This document shows, piece after piece, positions 50,442 to 62,149 of a stretch of DNA of 64,000 nucleotides; within the stretch, counting starts at the first letter, position 1; each line of letters opens with the position of its first letter. The DNA is from Octopus vulgaris (Eukaryota), in assembly GCA_951406725.2 (NCBI GenBank), contig OX597829.1:40610001-40674000 (forward strand). The letters are read 5' to 3'. A program made the position numbers and the translations under genes. The notes under the pieces are model-generated. The model had not been told where the DNA came from and ran no database searches. It was given only the letters and a program-made list of their open reading frames with translations.

Positions 50442-51097
50442 CTATTTCTTTACTACCCACAAGGGGCTAAACACTGAGAAGGGACAAACAAGGACAGACA
50501 AACAGATTAAGTCGATTATATCGATCCCAGTGCGTAACTGGTACTTATTTAATCGACCCCGAAAGGATGAAAGGCAAAGTCAACCTCGGCAGAATTTGAA
50601 CTCAGAACGTGACAGCAGACGAAATACCCATTTCTTTACTACCCACAAGGGGCTAAACAGAGAGGGGACAAACAAGTGGATTAAGTCGATTACATTGACC
50701 CCAGTGTAATACTCATCTACATTCTGATACTCATCAATAATTTGATACCATGTATACATTGACCCCAGTGTGTAACTAGTACTTATTTAATCGACCCCGA
50801 AAGGATGAAAGGCAAAGTCGACCTCAGTGGAATTTGAACTCAGAACGTAACGGCTGACAAAATACCTATTTCTTTACTACCCACAAGGGGCTAAACACAG
50901 AGGGGACAAACAAGGACAGACAAACGGATTAAGTCAATTACATCGATCCTGGTGCGTAACTGGATCTTATTTAATCGACCCCGAAGGCAAAGTTGACAAA
51001 GTTGACCGTGGCAGAATTTGAACTCACAACGTAGCGGCAGACAAAATACCGCTAAGCATTTCACCCGGCATGCTAACGTTTCTGCCAGCTCGCCGCC
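50442..51097 (-). mobile_element. SINE family B trimer
   Basis: Junctions at ~50628 and ~50866. Confidence 0.85.
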
Positions 51098-51582
51098 CGT
51101 GTACATGTATAGCACCAACTACATGTTTAGTCATTCTGCATGCTCAGTCTTTGAATTTTTTTTTATTTTTTTAGTTTTTTTTTCTCCACCCCTTATTTAC
51201 AAATTAGTGTCAGTAAATCGAATAAATACAACATTGTAAAAAAAAAAAACTCTAAGTCGATCAACATACATTTTTGTCACATGAGGCACCGACCAAAACA
51301 AACAATAAAAACAAAAAAAAACCCCTCACTTCACCCACCCACCCAGCCATCTCACCGAAATACGAAGTTCTGTTTTTGTTCTCATTAGGTGGTGCTGAAG
51401 TGTAATTAATCAGGATTAGGGTTAGTTAGTAAGTGGTTTAGCCATAAAGGTGAAAAGCAATGCTAATCCTTAATCTGGGGTAAAACAGCAATTAGTTTGT
51501 TTGGAGATTATATGTTATTCTTTAGTATATGTGTGTGTATATATATATATACACACATATATATATATATACATATGTATAC

Positions 51583-51613
<31 letters not shown>

Positions 51614-51650
51614 TAAGTATATAATATATACACACATATATAATATATAT

Positions 51651-51700
<50 letters not shown>

Positions 51701-51793
51701 CACATATACATATATATATATATACATATATATATATGTATACATATATACATATACACACATATATATATACACACACACACACATATATAT

Positions 51794-51850
<57 letters not shown>

Positions 51851-52227
51851 AAATGTGTTTTATTCTATTTGTACACACATATAATGTTTGTACAAATTTA
51901 TTGTGCATGAATGTGAGTATATACATACATACAGTTTGTGGTGTGTGTGTATTGCATGAAATATCTTTTGTTTCTGTTTGTGTATGAGAGAAAACTTCTG
52001 TTTTTTTTTTATATTGTTTATTTTTCTCACATCTTGCATCAAGTTTTTTTAATCTACCAAACAATGTCAAAATGTAGTATAAAGGTGTGCATGCACACAC
52101 ATACGTGCGTGTGTGTGTGTTTGTGCATACATGGGAGCATCATCACCGTCATCATCATCATCTTTGTTTTTACATCCACATTTTTATGTTGGCATGGGTT
52201 GGATAAGACTTTCCAAGGCACGATTTT

Positions 52228-52664
52228 ATTCTTTTACTCTTTTACTTGTTTCAGTCATTTGAGTGTGGCCATGCTGGAACACCGCCTTTAGTCGAGCAAA
52301 TTGTCCCCAGGACTTATTCTTTGGAAGCCTAGTACTTATTCTATCGGTCTCTTTGGCTGAACCTCTAAGTTACGGAGATGTAAACACACCAGCATCATTT
52401 GTCAAGCGATGTTGGGGGTGGGGGGGACAAACACATATACACACATACATACATATATATATATATATACAACAATAGTATTAAGGAATGACCCTGACAG
52501 GTCGTTCGACTCACTGTCGAACGACCTGTCAGGGTCATTCCTTAATACTATTGTTGAATATATTATATAGTCTGTGACTATTTCTATTTTCTCACTTGAC
52601 CGCTGGTTGCAGAAAATTTTTCTTCAATTTTTCTTGAATTTTTTTGTTACCCTTATATTGATTG

Positions 52665-52697
<33 letters not shown>

Positions 52698-52865
52698 TAT
52701 GATGGGCTTTTTTCAGTTTCCATCTACCAAATCCATTCAGAAGGCTTTGGTCGGCCCGAGGCTATATTAGAAGACACTTGCCCAAGGTGCCATGCAGTGA
52801 GACTGAATCTGGAACCATGTGGTTCGTAAGCAAGCTACTTACCACACAGCCACTCTTACGCCTAT
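52228..52865 (-). mobile_element. SINE family A with a palindromic insertion in its (TA)n
   Basis: A tail at 52228-52440, A head at 52700-52865. Confidence 0.85.
52470..52556. repeat. Perfect palindrome (41-bp arms, 5-nt loop) with a one-sided extension to ~52665
   Basis: 52470-52510 is the exact reverse complement of 52516-52556. Confidence 0.95.
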
Positions 52866-53136
52866 AGTTTATGATCAAATACTTTTCCTAATGTCAACTG
52901 CTTCTAGCTACCTCTTACAAAACACAGGGGGAATGATCTGTCTATTTTTAAAATGTTGATACAAATAATGTATGATCATTTCTACCCTTTATTTTTCCAT
53001 GATATCATGGCTGAAACTTGTCAAGGTGAATCTCTATGACTTGAAGAATTTTCTGACACCAGTTTTTTTTTTTTTTTTCGTTCTTTGAAGTAAAGTATTT
53101 CTATTGAACTACTTTTACTCAAACCATGTTAATGGA

Positions 53137-53508
53137 TTACAGAGATGTACTTGCATAGCGAGTGACTTGATCTGAGATCATGTGCTTGAAGGAAAACAAT
53201 TGCAGCGTGGAAGGTGTTTGTAAGCCATTTAAGAAACACACAAAAACCGTTAGATTCACTTCAACATTTAAATTTAATTAGTGTCAGAATATTTTCGTCG
53301 CTTTGAGACCGCAACCTGTTCACTGACAAAACTTCTTGGCTGTTCACTGTTTTGTCAGTGAACAGGTCGCAGTGTTCACTGTTTTGTCAGTGAACAAGCC
53401 GCGGTCTCAAAGTGACGAAAATATTTTGACAAATTAAATTTAAATGTTGAGGTGAATCTGACGGTTTTTGTGTGTTTCTTAAATGGCTTATAAACACCTT
53501 CCACACTG
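53137..53508 (-). mobile_element. PLE-like insertion: asymmetric inverted repeat with a 12-bp TSD
   Basis: Arms 53201-53332 / 53381-53510; extension 53137-53200; catgttaatgga at 53125-53136 and 53509-53520. Confidence 0.8.
53282..53328 (-). ncRNA. Minimal type I hammerhead with a G3-C8 swapped core (GUGAACA); mirror copy at 53383-53433 (+)
   Basis: Minus strand: TGTCA GTGAACA g GTTGC-GGTCTCAAA-GCGAC GAAA ATAT TC TGACA. Confidence 0.6.
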
Positions 53509-53589
53509 CATGTTAATGGAGACATGCAGAAACAAAATTGATGTGCACGTGATAGGCTTCCATTCAGTTTCCTTTTACCATTACCAATA

Positions 53590-54215
53590 TAGGTGCCGGC
53601 ATGGCTGTGTGGGTAAGTAGATTGGTTCTCTACCATATGGTCTTAGGTTCAGTCCCACTCTGCAGCAGTTGTGGGAAAACGTCTTGTTTTGCCATGGGGA
53701 CTATCAAATCTTTGAGTAAGGATATGATAGATGAAAACTGAAAGACGCCCATCACATATATTTGTATGTCTTTGTGTGTTTGTGTTTGTACTCCATCATT
53801 GCTTGACGACAGGTATTTGTCTGTTTACACCTGCATAACTTGGTGATTCCGTAACAAAGAACAACAGAATAAATACAAGGCTTTATTAAAAGTATTGGTA
53901 AGGTGGCGAGCTGGCAGAATCATTAGCATGCCGGCCGAAATGCTTAGCGGTATTTCGTCTGTCGTTACGTTCTGAGTTCAATTTCCGCCCAGGTCGACTT
54001 TGCCTTTCATCCTTTCGGGGTCGATAGATTAAGTGCCAGTTACGCACTGGGGTCGATGTAATCGACTTAATCCATTTGTCTGTCCTTGTTTGTCCCCTCT
54101 ATGTTTAACCCCTTGTGGGTAGTAAAGAAATATATTTATTAAAAGTACTGAGAAGGATTTGTTTGATTTAATCACCTGAAGGCAATACCCCAACAGTCCA
54201 CTGTATGAAACAAAT
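53590..54215 (+). mobile_element. Old SINE A interrupted by SINE B (53900-54132)
   Basis: tttattaaaagta(t/c)tg is duplicated. Confidence 0.75.
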
Positions 54216-54659
54216 ACATCATGGAAAAAATACCATTCACAAAGCATTTGGTTTGAAGCTATAGTAGAAAATACTTGCTCAAGGTTTTGCTGTAAGTCCA
54301 ACCCCAAATCTACATGTTTGATAATTGAGCTTCACAATCACACAGTCACGTCTCCAGTACATGAATGATATTAACCCCGAAAGGATGAAAAGCAAAGTTG
54401 ATCTTGGTAAGATTTGAACTCAAGATACAAAGAAATACTGCTATACACCCTGCCCAATTCTCTTGTCATTCAGTCAATCCACCACTTTCGTAACATTGCT
54501 AATAATTGTTTCTGATATTGACAGGGGAGTGCAGGGTGGGGTAGCTAGTCAATTGTATAAACCCTTGTGCTTGACTCATTCTTTTGGGATCGATAAAATA
54601 AGTACCAATTGAACACTGGGATCGATGTAACCAACTCAACCCCCTCCCCCAAATTACTG

Positions 54660-55110
54660 CCCTGCTAGTGGAGCGCTAACAGTACCATGCAAGTGGGACC
54701 GTTGCCAGAGCAACAAGCTGGTCTCCGTGCCGATGGCACGTTAAAAACACCGAGTGTGATCATTACCTGCATTACCGTACAAGCACTTGTGCTGGTGGCA
54801 CATGAAAAAACATTCAAGCGAGGTCGTTGCCAGTGCCGCTAGACTGGCTCCTGTGCTTGTGGCACATAAAAAGCACCATTTGAGCGTGTCCATTGCCAAT
54901 ACCACCTGACTGGCCCCTGTGCCAGTGGCACGTAAAAGCACCCACTACACTCACGGAGTGGTTGGCGTTAGGAAGGGCATCCAGCTGTAGAAACTCTGCC
55001 AGATCAAGATTGGAGTCTGGTGCAGCCATCTGGTTCACCAGACCTCAGTCAAAATCGTCCAACCCATGCTAGCATGGAAAGCGGACGTTAAACGATGATG
55101 ATGATGATGA
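54660..55110 (+). mobile_element. Family C (RTE 3' UTR)
   Basis: About 5 units plus the tail. Confidence 0.8.
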
Positions 55111-55466
55111 TAGGATGAAGGCAAAGTTGACTTTGGCAAGATTTAGAAATTACCTAATTGATGATGTTAAAACCAATCAATATTTAGATGCAAACTCTGG
55201 AAAGAAATCATATTTCCAAGCATACAAGTTAACTTAATATATAGTATAAACACGCTACGTAAACATTGAAACTGCATCGCTATCTTTCCCAAATCCTGCT
55301 AAATTCCACATGGAACTTTTGGTTCTGTAAAGTCATCATGGGGTGTAATTCAACTCCTATGCCAGAAAATAGGATAAAATATATTATTGATAGGAATGTG
55401 GTACGTGTGAATCCGAAAACACAGTCTTCGTTAAGCAGTAATATTAGATCTGACTATAATTAAATG

Positions 55467-55682
55467 AAGAAACGTTAGCACGCCGGGCGAAATGCGTAGC
55501 CGTATTTCGTCTGCCGTTACGTTCTGAGTTCAAATTCCGCCGAGGTCGACTTTGCCTTTCATCCTTTCAGGGTCGATAGATTAAATACCAGTTACACACT
55601 GGGGTCGATATAATCGACTTAATCCGTTTGTCTGTCCTTGTTTGTCCTCTCTATGTTTAGCCCCTTGTGGGTAGTAAATAAA
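55467..55682 (+). mobile_element. SINE family B, slightly 5'-truncated
   Basis: Colinear; flanked by similar tataa(t/a)taaatgaagaa sequences. Confidence 0.85.
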
Positions 55683-56076
55683 TATATAAATAAATGAAGA
55701 ACCTGGTGAGTAATTGACATTATTATCAAGAATACAGTACAAGTGAATTCAAAGGCAGCTTTTAATGATGTGACAGTATTTGTAAAGAAGCAAAGAAAAA
55801 AAACCATGCAGTAGTAATGTTTGACCTAACTACAGTTAAATGGAAACACTAGAGTGGGTAGCATGAAGAGATATGAAACCAAGAGCACAATCTTTGGTAA
55901 TTAAAAAAAATTGTTGATGCAAAACAATGCTGTTTTTAATTACATACGACACATTAAGAATATCAATGAGAGAAAAGTGGGTGGCCTTGTGAATGTGATG
56001 GAATGTTGCGGTTGAGGCATTTGGGAAAGAAACTTGAATAAATTAAGTAATCCTACTGATGACAAAAGATATGTTT

Positions 56077-56440
56077 AGGCGTGGTTGTGTAGTTGCTTCC
56101 TAGCCATGTGGTTTTGAGTTCAGTCCTACAAGTGCAGCACTTTGGGTTAGTGTCTTCCACCACAATCCTAGGCCTACCAAAGCCGTGTGAATGGGTTTGG
56201 TAGATGGAAACTGAAAGAAGCTTGTTGTGTGTGTCTTTAAGTTTGAGTTGTGTTTGTCCCCAACCCACTGCTTGATAACTGCTGTTGGTTCGCTTACATT
56301 CCTGTAACTTAAGAAATTTGTCAAAAGAGACCCAACAGAATTGGTACCAAGCTTTAAAAACAAGTACTGGGGTTGATTTGTTTGACTAAAATCCTTCAAG
56401 AATTTTGCCCCAGTATGGCCACAGTCCAACAAGTGGAACA
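56077..56440 (+). mobile_element. SINE family A, diverged
   Basis: ggcgtggttgtgt...gagttcagtcc...ggaaactgaaagaag. Confidence 0.7.
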
Positions 56441-56699
56441 CATAAATAATCAATGGTAAATTCAATTCATTTCACCACCCCCTACTTCCATTATTTATTT
56501 ATTTTTTTCCTTCAGAAGGTAGACTGTGATTTGAGGTAGATTTGGTTGTTATTTCAAGCCAGTTGAGTGACCATCTAGAGGCTTCTTTGTTTAAGAAATG
56601 TGTTTATCTGATGAAGAAGACTAATCAATAAGGTGCACAGGTGGAAATATTTTAGTTAGCAATAAATATCTAAAGGAATGTACTAGTTGCAGTCCATGA

Positions 56700-56968
56700 T
56701 CATTATCACCATCACTGTTGCCATCATCATCATCATCATCAGCCATCATCATCATCATCATCAGCCATCATCATCATCATCATCAGCCATCATCATCATC
56801 ATCATCAGCCATCATCATCCTCATCATCATCAGCCATCATCATCATCATCAGCCATCATCATCATCATCATTATCAGCCATCATCATCATCAGCCATCAT
56901 CATCATCAGCCATCATCATCAGCCATCATCAACCATCATCATCATCATCATCATCCTCATCATCATTA
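56700..56968. repeat. (CAT)n microsatellite punctuated by CAGC
   Basis: Direct reading. Confidence 0.95.
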
Positions 56969-57348
56969 GCTTTAAATCCTGGCATATATCTTAGTTGTCT
57001 TTGTTCTTCAGTAATTCCTTTAACGAGTGTTATGAAATATAAATAGCTTCATGTCATTTGAAGAGTTTACATCTAAGTCAGTTTTTTCACTTTTATTTAT
57101 TTTTATTTTTTTTAAAAAGAAAGAAAGGAAAAGAAGAAATGCAGCTCCACTCCAGAGCAATTTTTTAAAATAATTTTTTATATATTATGTTATGCCTTGC
57201 GTTTCCAGTTATGAAAAGCATGTATGTACAATGTCTGATATAGAAATAAGCTAATCGAGCTGGTCAAAAATTCAATTTTGTACTCTTGCCTAGATCTACT
57301 TACTATTGCTGCTGTTAAGCCTGAAGTCAACCACAGCTGAGCAAAAAT

Positions 57349-57670
57349 ACCATCGAGCCCTTTTACCATTGAACCCTTGTACCATCGAACCCTTTTACCA
57401 TCAAACTCTTTTACTATCGAACCCTTTTGCATTTAAACTGGTCATGCCATCAAGCCCTTTTATCATCGAATGCTTTTACCATCGAGCCCTTTTACTATCG
57501 AGCCCTTGTACCATCGAACCCTTTTACCATCAAACCCTTGTACCATCGAGCCCTTTTACCATCGAGCCCTTTTACCATCGAACCCTTTTACCATCGAACC
57601 CTTTTACCATCAAACCTTTTTACCATTGAGCCCTTTTACCATTGAACCCTTTTATCATCGGACCCTTTTG
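57349..57670. repeat. 16-bp minisatellite (ACCATCGARCCCTTTT)n abutting a piggyBac-like MITE (57662-57888)
   Basis: About 18 units, with an embedded copy of the MITE terminus at 57421-57445. Confidence 0.9.
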
Positions 57671-58026
57671 CATTTAAACTGGTCATACCCTGCCGAAATA
57701 TACTACCTAGTTTTTATGTTCAAACTGGTCAGATCAGGTCTCTCATACCTATCCTATAATGCCATTCTAAAAATAAGCAATCCCATCATTGAAATCTCAG
57801 ACTTTCAAGATTAATGTACAATTAATTCAAAATAATGTGAATAAATAGGCATCATATTTGACAGAGTAATCTGAATGCTGAAGGGTTAAAGGCACTCCGG
57901 TTGTGACCATCCCAGCTGCTTGTACCTTATATGCAAAGTATATATGATCAAATTGTTGTTGTCCTTTTCTAGGATTGGTGGGATATGATTTAAGGAAGAT
58001 TTGGGAGGTTGCGTGAACATATGGCG

Positions 58027-58292
58027 CAGTGCTTCTTGATAGGGGTCCACATGAACTTTGGCGGGGAGGGTGGGGGGCCATATGAGATTTTATTGTTGAA
58101 ATTTATGTACTATAAGTTAGTTAGACTTCAGCAACACATAAAATATCTTAACAATTTTTGTATACAATTCCTTATATTTAATTATAAAAGTATAGTAGGA
58201 TTTTTTTGTGCTAATCCGAGCGTGATCATTGCCAGAGAATTTTACGCTATCCGCGGGTGCCTCGGGGAAAGAAATAAGTTGACAAAACACAG
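58027..58292. mobile_element. Possible decayed hAT (Charlie-like) MITE
   Basis: CAGTGCTTCTTGA...GGGGTCC at the left end and GGGTGCC...GTTGACAAAACACAG at the right; TIRs degenerate. Confidence 0.35.
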
Positions 58293-58881
58293 ATAGGATG
58301 TTGACGAATGTCCTCCTAAAATTGGAGCGACATGTGTGCAAATTTGTGGATGTGCATAAATTACAATCACATACACACACACATCATGCCTTTTATAGAT
58401 ATGATGTGTATGTATATATATATACATATATATGTATGTATGTATGTGTATATATATATATATATATACATATATATATAAATATATGTATGTGTGTATA
58501 TGTACATATATATATGTATGTGTATATATATACATATATATATATATGTATATATATTTGTGTATATATATATATACATATATATATATGTATGTGTATA
58601 TATATATACATATATATATATGTATATATATATGTGTATATATATATACATATATATATGTATGTGTATATATATACATATATATATATGTATATATATA
58701 TATGTGTATATATATATATACACATATATACAAACATACATATATATAGGCTGTAAAAATTAACATCTGTAAAAAAGAGACTTTGTCAAAGGGAGTTAAC
58801 AACACGTTGACTGATCATTAATGTATTGGGGAAAAGAGGGGACTGGACATAACCGAACCCCCTGGGGCACGCATTAGTTAA

Positions 58882-58932
<51 letters not shown>

Positions 58933-59124
58933 GGAGGGAGATCTTTCGTTAAGACTTAATGGGGGAATGTGCAATGGTTGTGGAAGCTTCAAAATGCAAG
59001 TAATGGAAGACGGACGAAGTTTTTAAGTAGTCAGCCTATCTTGGAGAATTCGCATGTCAAATAAGGTCAAGAATCTTTGCTGATGTTATAAATTATTAGC
59101 TCCGCTGTTCAAAGGTGGGAGGTT

Positions 59125-59522
59125 AGGGCAGCGAGCTGGCAGAAACGTTAGCACGCCGGGCGAAATGCTCAGCATTCTGAGTTCAAATTCCACCGAAGTC
59201 GCTTTGCCTTTCATCCTTTCGGGGTCGATTAAATAAGTACCAGTTGCGCACTGAGGTTGATATAATCGACTTAATCCGTTTGTCTGTCCTTGTTTGTCCT
59301 CTCTGTGTTTAGCCCCCTGTGGGTAGTAAAGAAATAGGTATTTTGTCTGCAGCTGTGTTCTGAGTTCAAATTCTGCCAAGGTCGACTTTGCCCTTCATCC
59401 TTTTGGGGTCGATTAAACAAGTACCAGTTACGCACTGGGGTCGATGTAATCGACTTAATCCGTTTGTCTGTCCTTGTTTGTTCCCTCTGTGTTTAACCCC
59501 TTGTGGGTAGTAAAGAAATAGG
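59125..59522 (+). mobile_element. SINE family B dimer
   Basis: Junction gaaata|ggtattttgtctgc at 59337. Confidence 0.85.
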
Positions 59523-60957
59523 TAAGGTAGGAATAGGTTGCTTGTTAGGGTTTAAATGGATTGGTGTTATTTGATTATTTCCATTCACGTTGTCTTTGAA
59601 TGGGGTTATAGAAACTTATAAGGTATGCTAAAGTAGAGAGATGAAAGGTTAATCCCCCCCAATGTTATATTTCTAGGAAGTTTCGTTGAGCTGTAATGAC
59701 AATCACTACCCCCAAGTCTTACATTTAACATCTGTTCAGAGCCTTTTGTCGTTTTTTTGTACTTTTTATTTTATTTATTTTATTTTTACATTTTTTTTTA
59801 ATATTCTGTTGAACAAGCAAAAAAAAAAAAGAAAGAAAAAGAAAAGATACAACATAAAAACAGGTAAACAAATAAAATACCGAGAGTATTGATTTCACTG
59901 TATAAATGTCAGGACTATGTTAAGACCTGATGAGTGATGAGGTGGAGAAGGGTTGAGAGGGGAGAAAAAAATGGCGGCTGTCATTATTTTAGTTAATAGG
60001 TGGGATGTCAAGGGAGACAACTTTTTCAATCGATTTATAAAGACTTGTTGGCAATGGTAAAAACACATTGACCTGATTAGTAAAACACACATACGAAAAT
60101 GCATACACACGCAAACTCAATTACAGGCAGCCACAGAAGCTTTGAATCAAGATTTCACATTTCGTGACACTTTCTTTTTTATTATTATTTCCGTTGGCCT
60201 AACCCAAACCCACCGTACTCCATCCTCTCTTCAAATTAGATTTTCCTCCTACCGATGATTTAATTACAATGGCTGTTTTTAAAGTTATTGGTTGGAGTCC
60301 ATAAAACTCGAGAGGCCGGAGTTCACAGCTGCTTGTAGTTCATTAAACTGCAATGTTCCTTCAACCCAAATGGACTTGTTACGTCAGTGGAGCTGTGATC
60401 GTAGAGCTACAATCGTAGAGCTGCCTGTGTCTACAGCCGTGTGACTATGTGTAGTACTACGACCGAAGGGCGGTGTCGCAGCAGCTATGGCTACATACCT
60501 ATGACTGGCCATGGAAGTTGTGGCCATAACATGATTATTGACCATATCTTGTTGCTGTTTCAATGTATGTCTACAGGACTACGTCTGTGTAGCTACGATT
60601 GCAAAGTTAAAGGTTAAGTACTACTGTAAAGCTATGTGTATGTTGTTTATGGAGGAAAAAGTCAATTTTATCTAGGATAAAAATAAAGAATTACTGGGAA
60701 AAAAAAATGTCGCATTTTATTTAAATATTTAAAAACAATTAAAGTAATAAAGTGAAAATACTTAAAATCAGTTACTGACTGACAAAACATGACTAGTACA
60801 CAATTTATATTTGATGGCATCACACATGTGAAAAGAGAACCTTTTATTCAATTTCATAAGCAAAGACAAAGAAATAAAAGTCATTCATTTATTAAAAAAC
60901 ACTTGACATGTACAGACTGAAAACACCTTACATTGTATCGTGGTATTAGGAGTACAT

Positions 60958-61199
60958 AAGGCGGCGAACTGGCAGAAACGTTAGCATGCCGGGCGAAATG
61001 CTTAGCAGTATTTCATCTGCCGCTACGTTCTGAGTTCAAATTCTGCCAAGGTCGACTTTGCCTTTCATCCTTTTGGGGTCGATTAAATAAGTACCAGTTA
61101 CACACTGGGGGGGGGGGGGTCGATATAATCAACTTAATCCATTTGTCTGTCCTTGTTTGTCCCCTCTGTGTGTAGCCCCTTGTGGGTAGTAAAAAAAAA
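60958..61199 (+). mobile_element. SINE family B with a 14-bp TSD; further copies at 62000-62150 and 62803-63240
   Basis: ggtatta(g/c)gagtac at 60942-60955 and 61200-61213. Confidence 0.88.
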
Positions 61200-62149
61200 G
61201 GTATTACGAGTACGTTCAGTATTTTTAAGGTTGACGACTATTCCAGTCAACACCATGAGAATAAATTCTGCCACAGTCATGTGGTGGTTCTCCTGACGAG
61301 CAAGTTTATGATGAAGGCGTTCTTGTAGTTTTTTTTTTGTTTCTTCTTCCCCATGCTTGGATTCATGTCTGTACTGTTATGAACATATTGCTATGACCAT
61401 AGAGCCCTCTGGTTCCCCATAACCAAAGCAGTAGAGTCACGACTACAAACATCTGTACAGCTCTCTCTCCTCCCTCTTGTAGAGCTCATCCAAGTAGACT
61501 CGATGGTTGTAGTGGTTGTGCCTGTGCAACTAGAAATTAAATACCAAGACTCATATTTAACTATATATTTGCTGAAGAAATTTGAAGAGAACTGGGAATT
61601 TTATTTGATTTTTCTTTCTTTCTTCCCTTTTTTTTATCTGTGTGGATTTTTATCCAAATCCTCTTTATCGTAGACGATGAAAACTTAAAATTTAGTGGTG
61701 CTGCAGGCAATAACATTCTGTAATTCTAGTTCTCCCTGAGGAAGAATTTGATGCAAATGGTAGTGGTGGTAGTGGTGGGAGGGGCGATAGCATTTAATAA
61801 TAAGACAAAATGGCTGTAAGATGTAAAAAGTACTGGACTGTCAACTAGGCAATGAATTAGAAGGAATCATTAAAGTGTCAGCTGGAATGTCTTGTACTGT
61901 TTGTTCATCCAAGTTCTCTAAGCTCTGAGTTTAAATCCTGCCACAGTTAATTTTACCTTTCATTCTTTTGGCCTCAATAGATAAGGCACAGTGCAGCAGT
62001 AGTATTTCATCTGTCTTTACATTCTGAGTTCAAATTCTGCTGAGGTCAACTTTGCCTTTCCTCCTTTCGGGGTCAATGAAATAAGTACCAGTTGAGCACC
62101 GGGTTCAATGTAAATTGACTAGCCCCCACCACAAAATTTCAGGCCTTAT

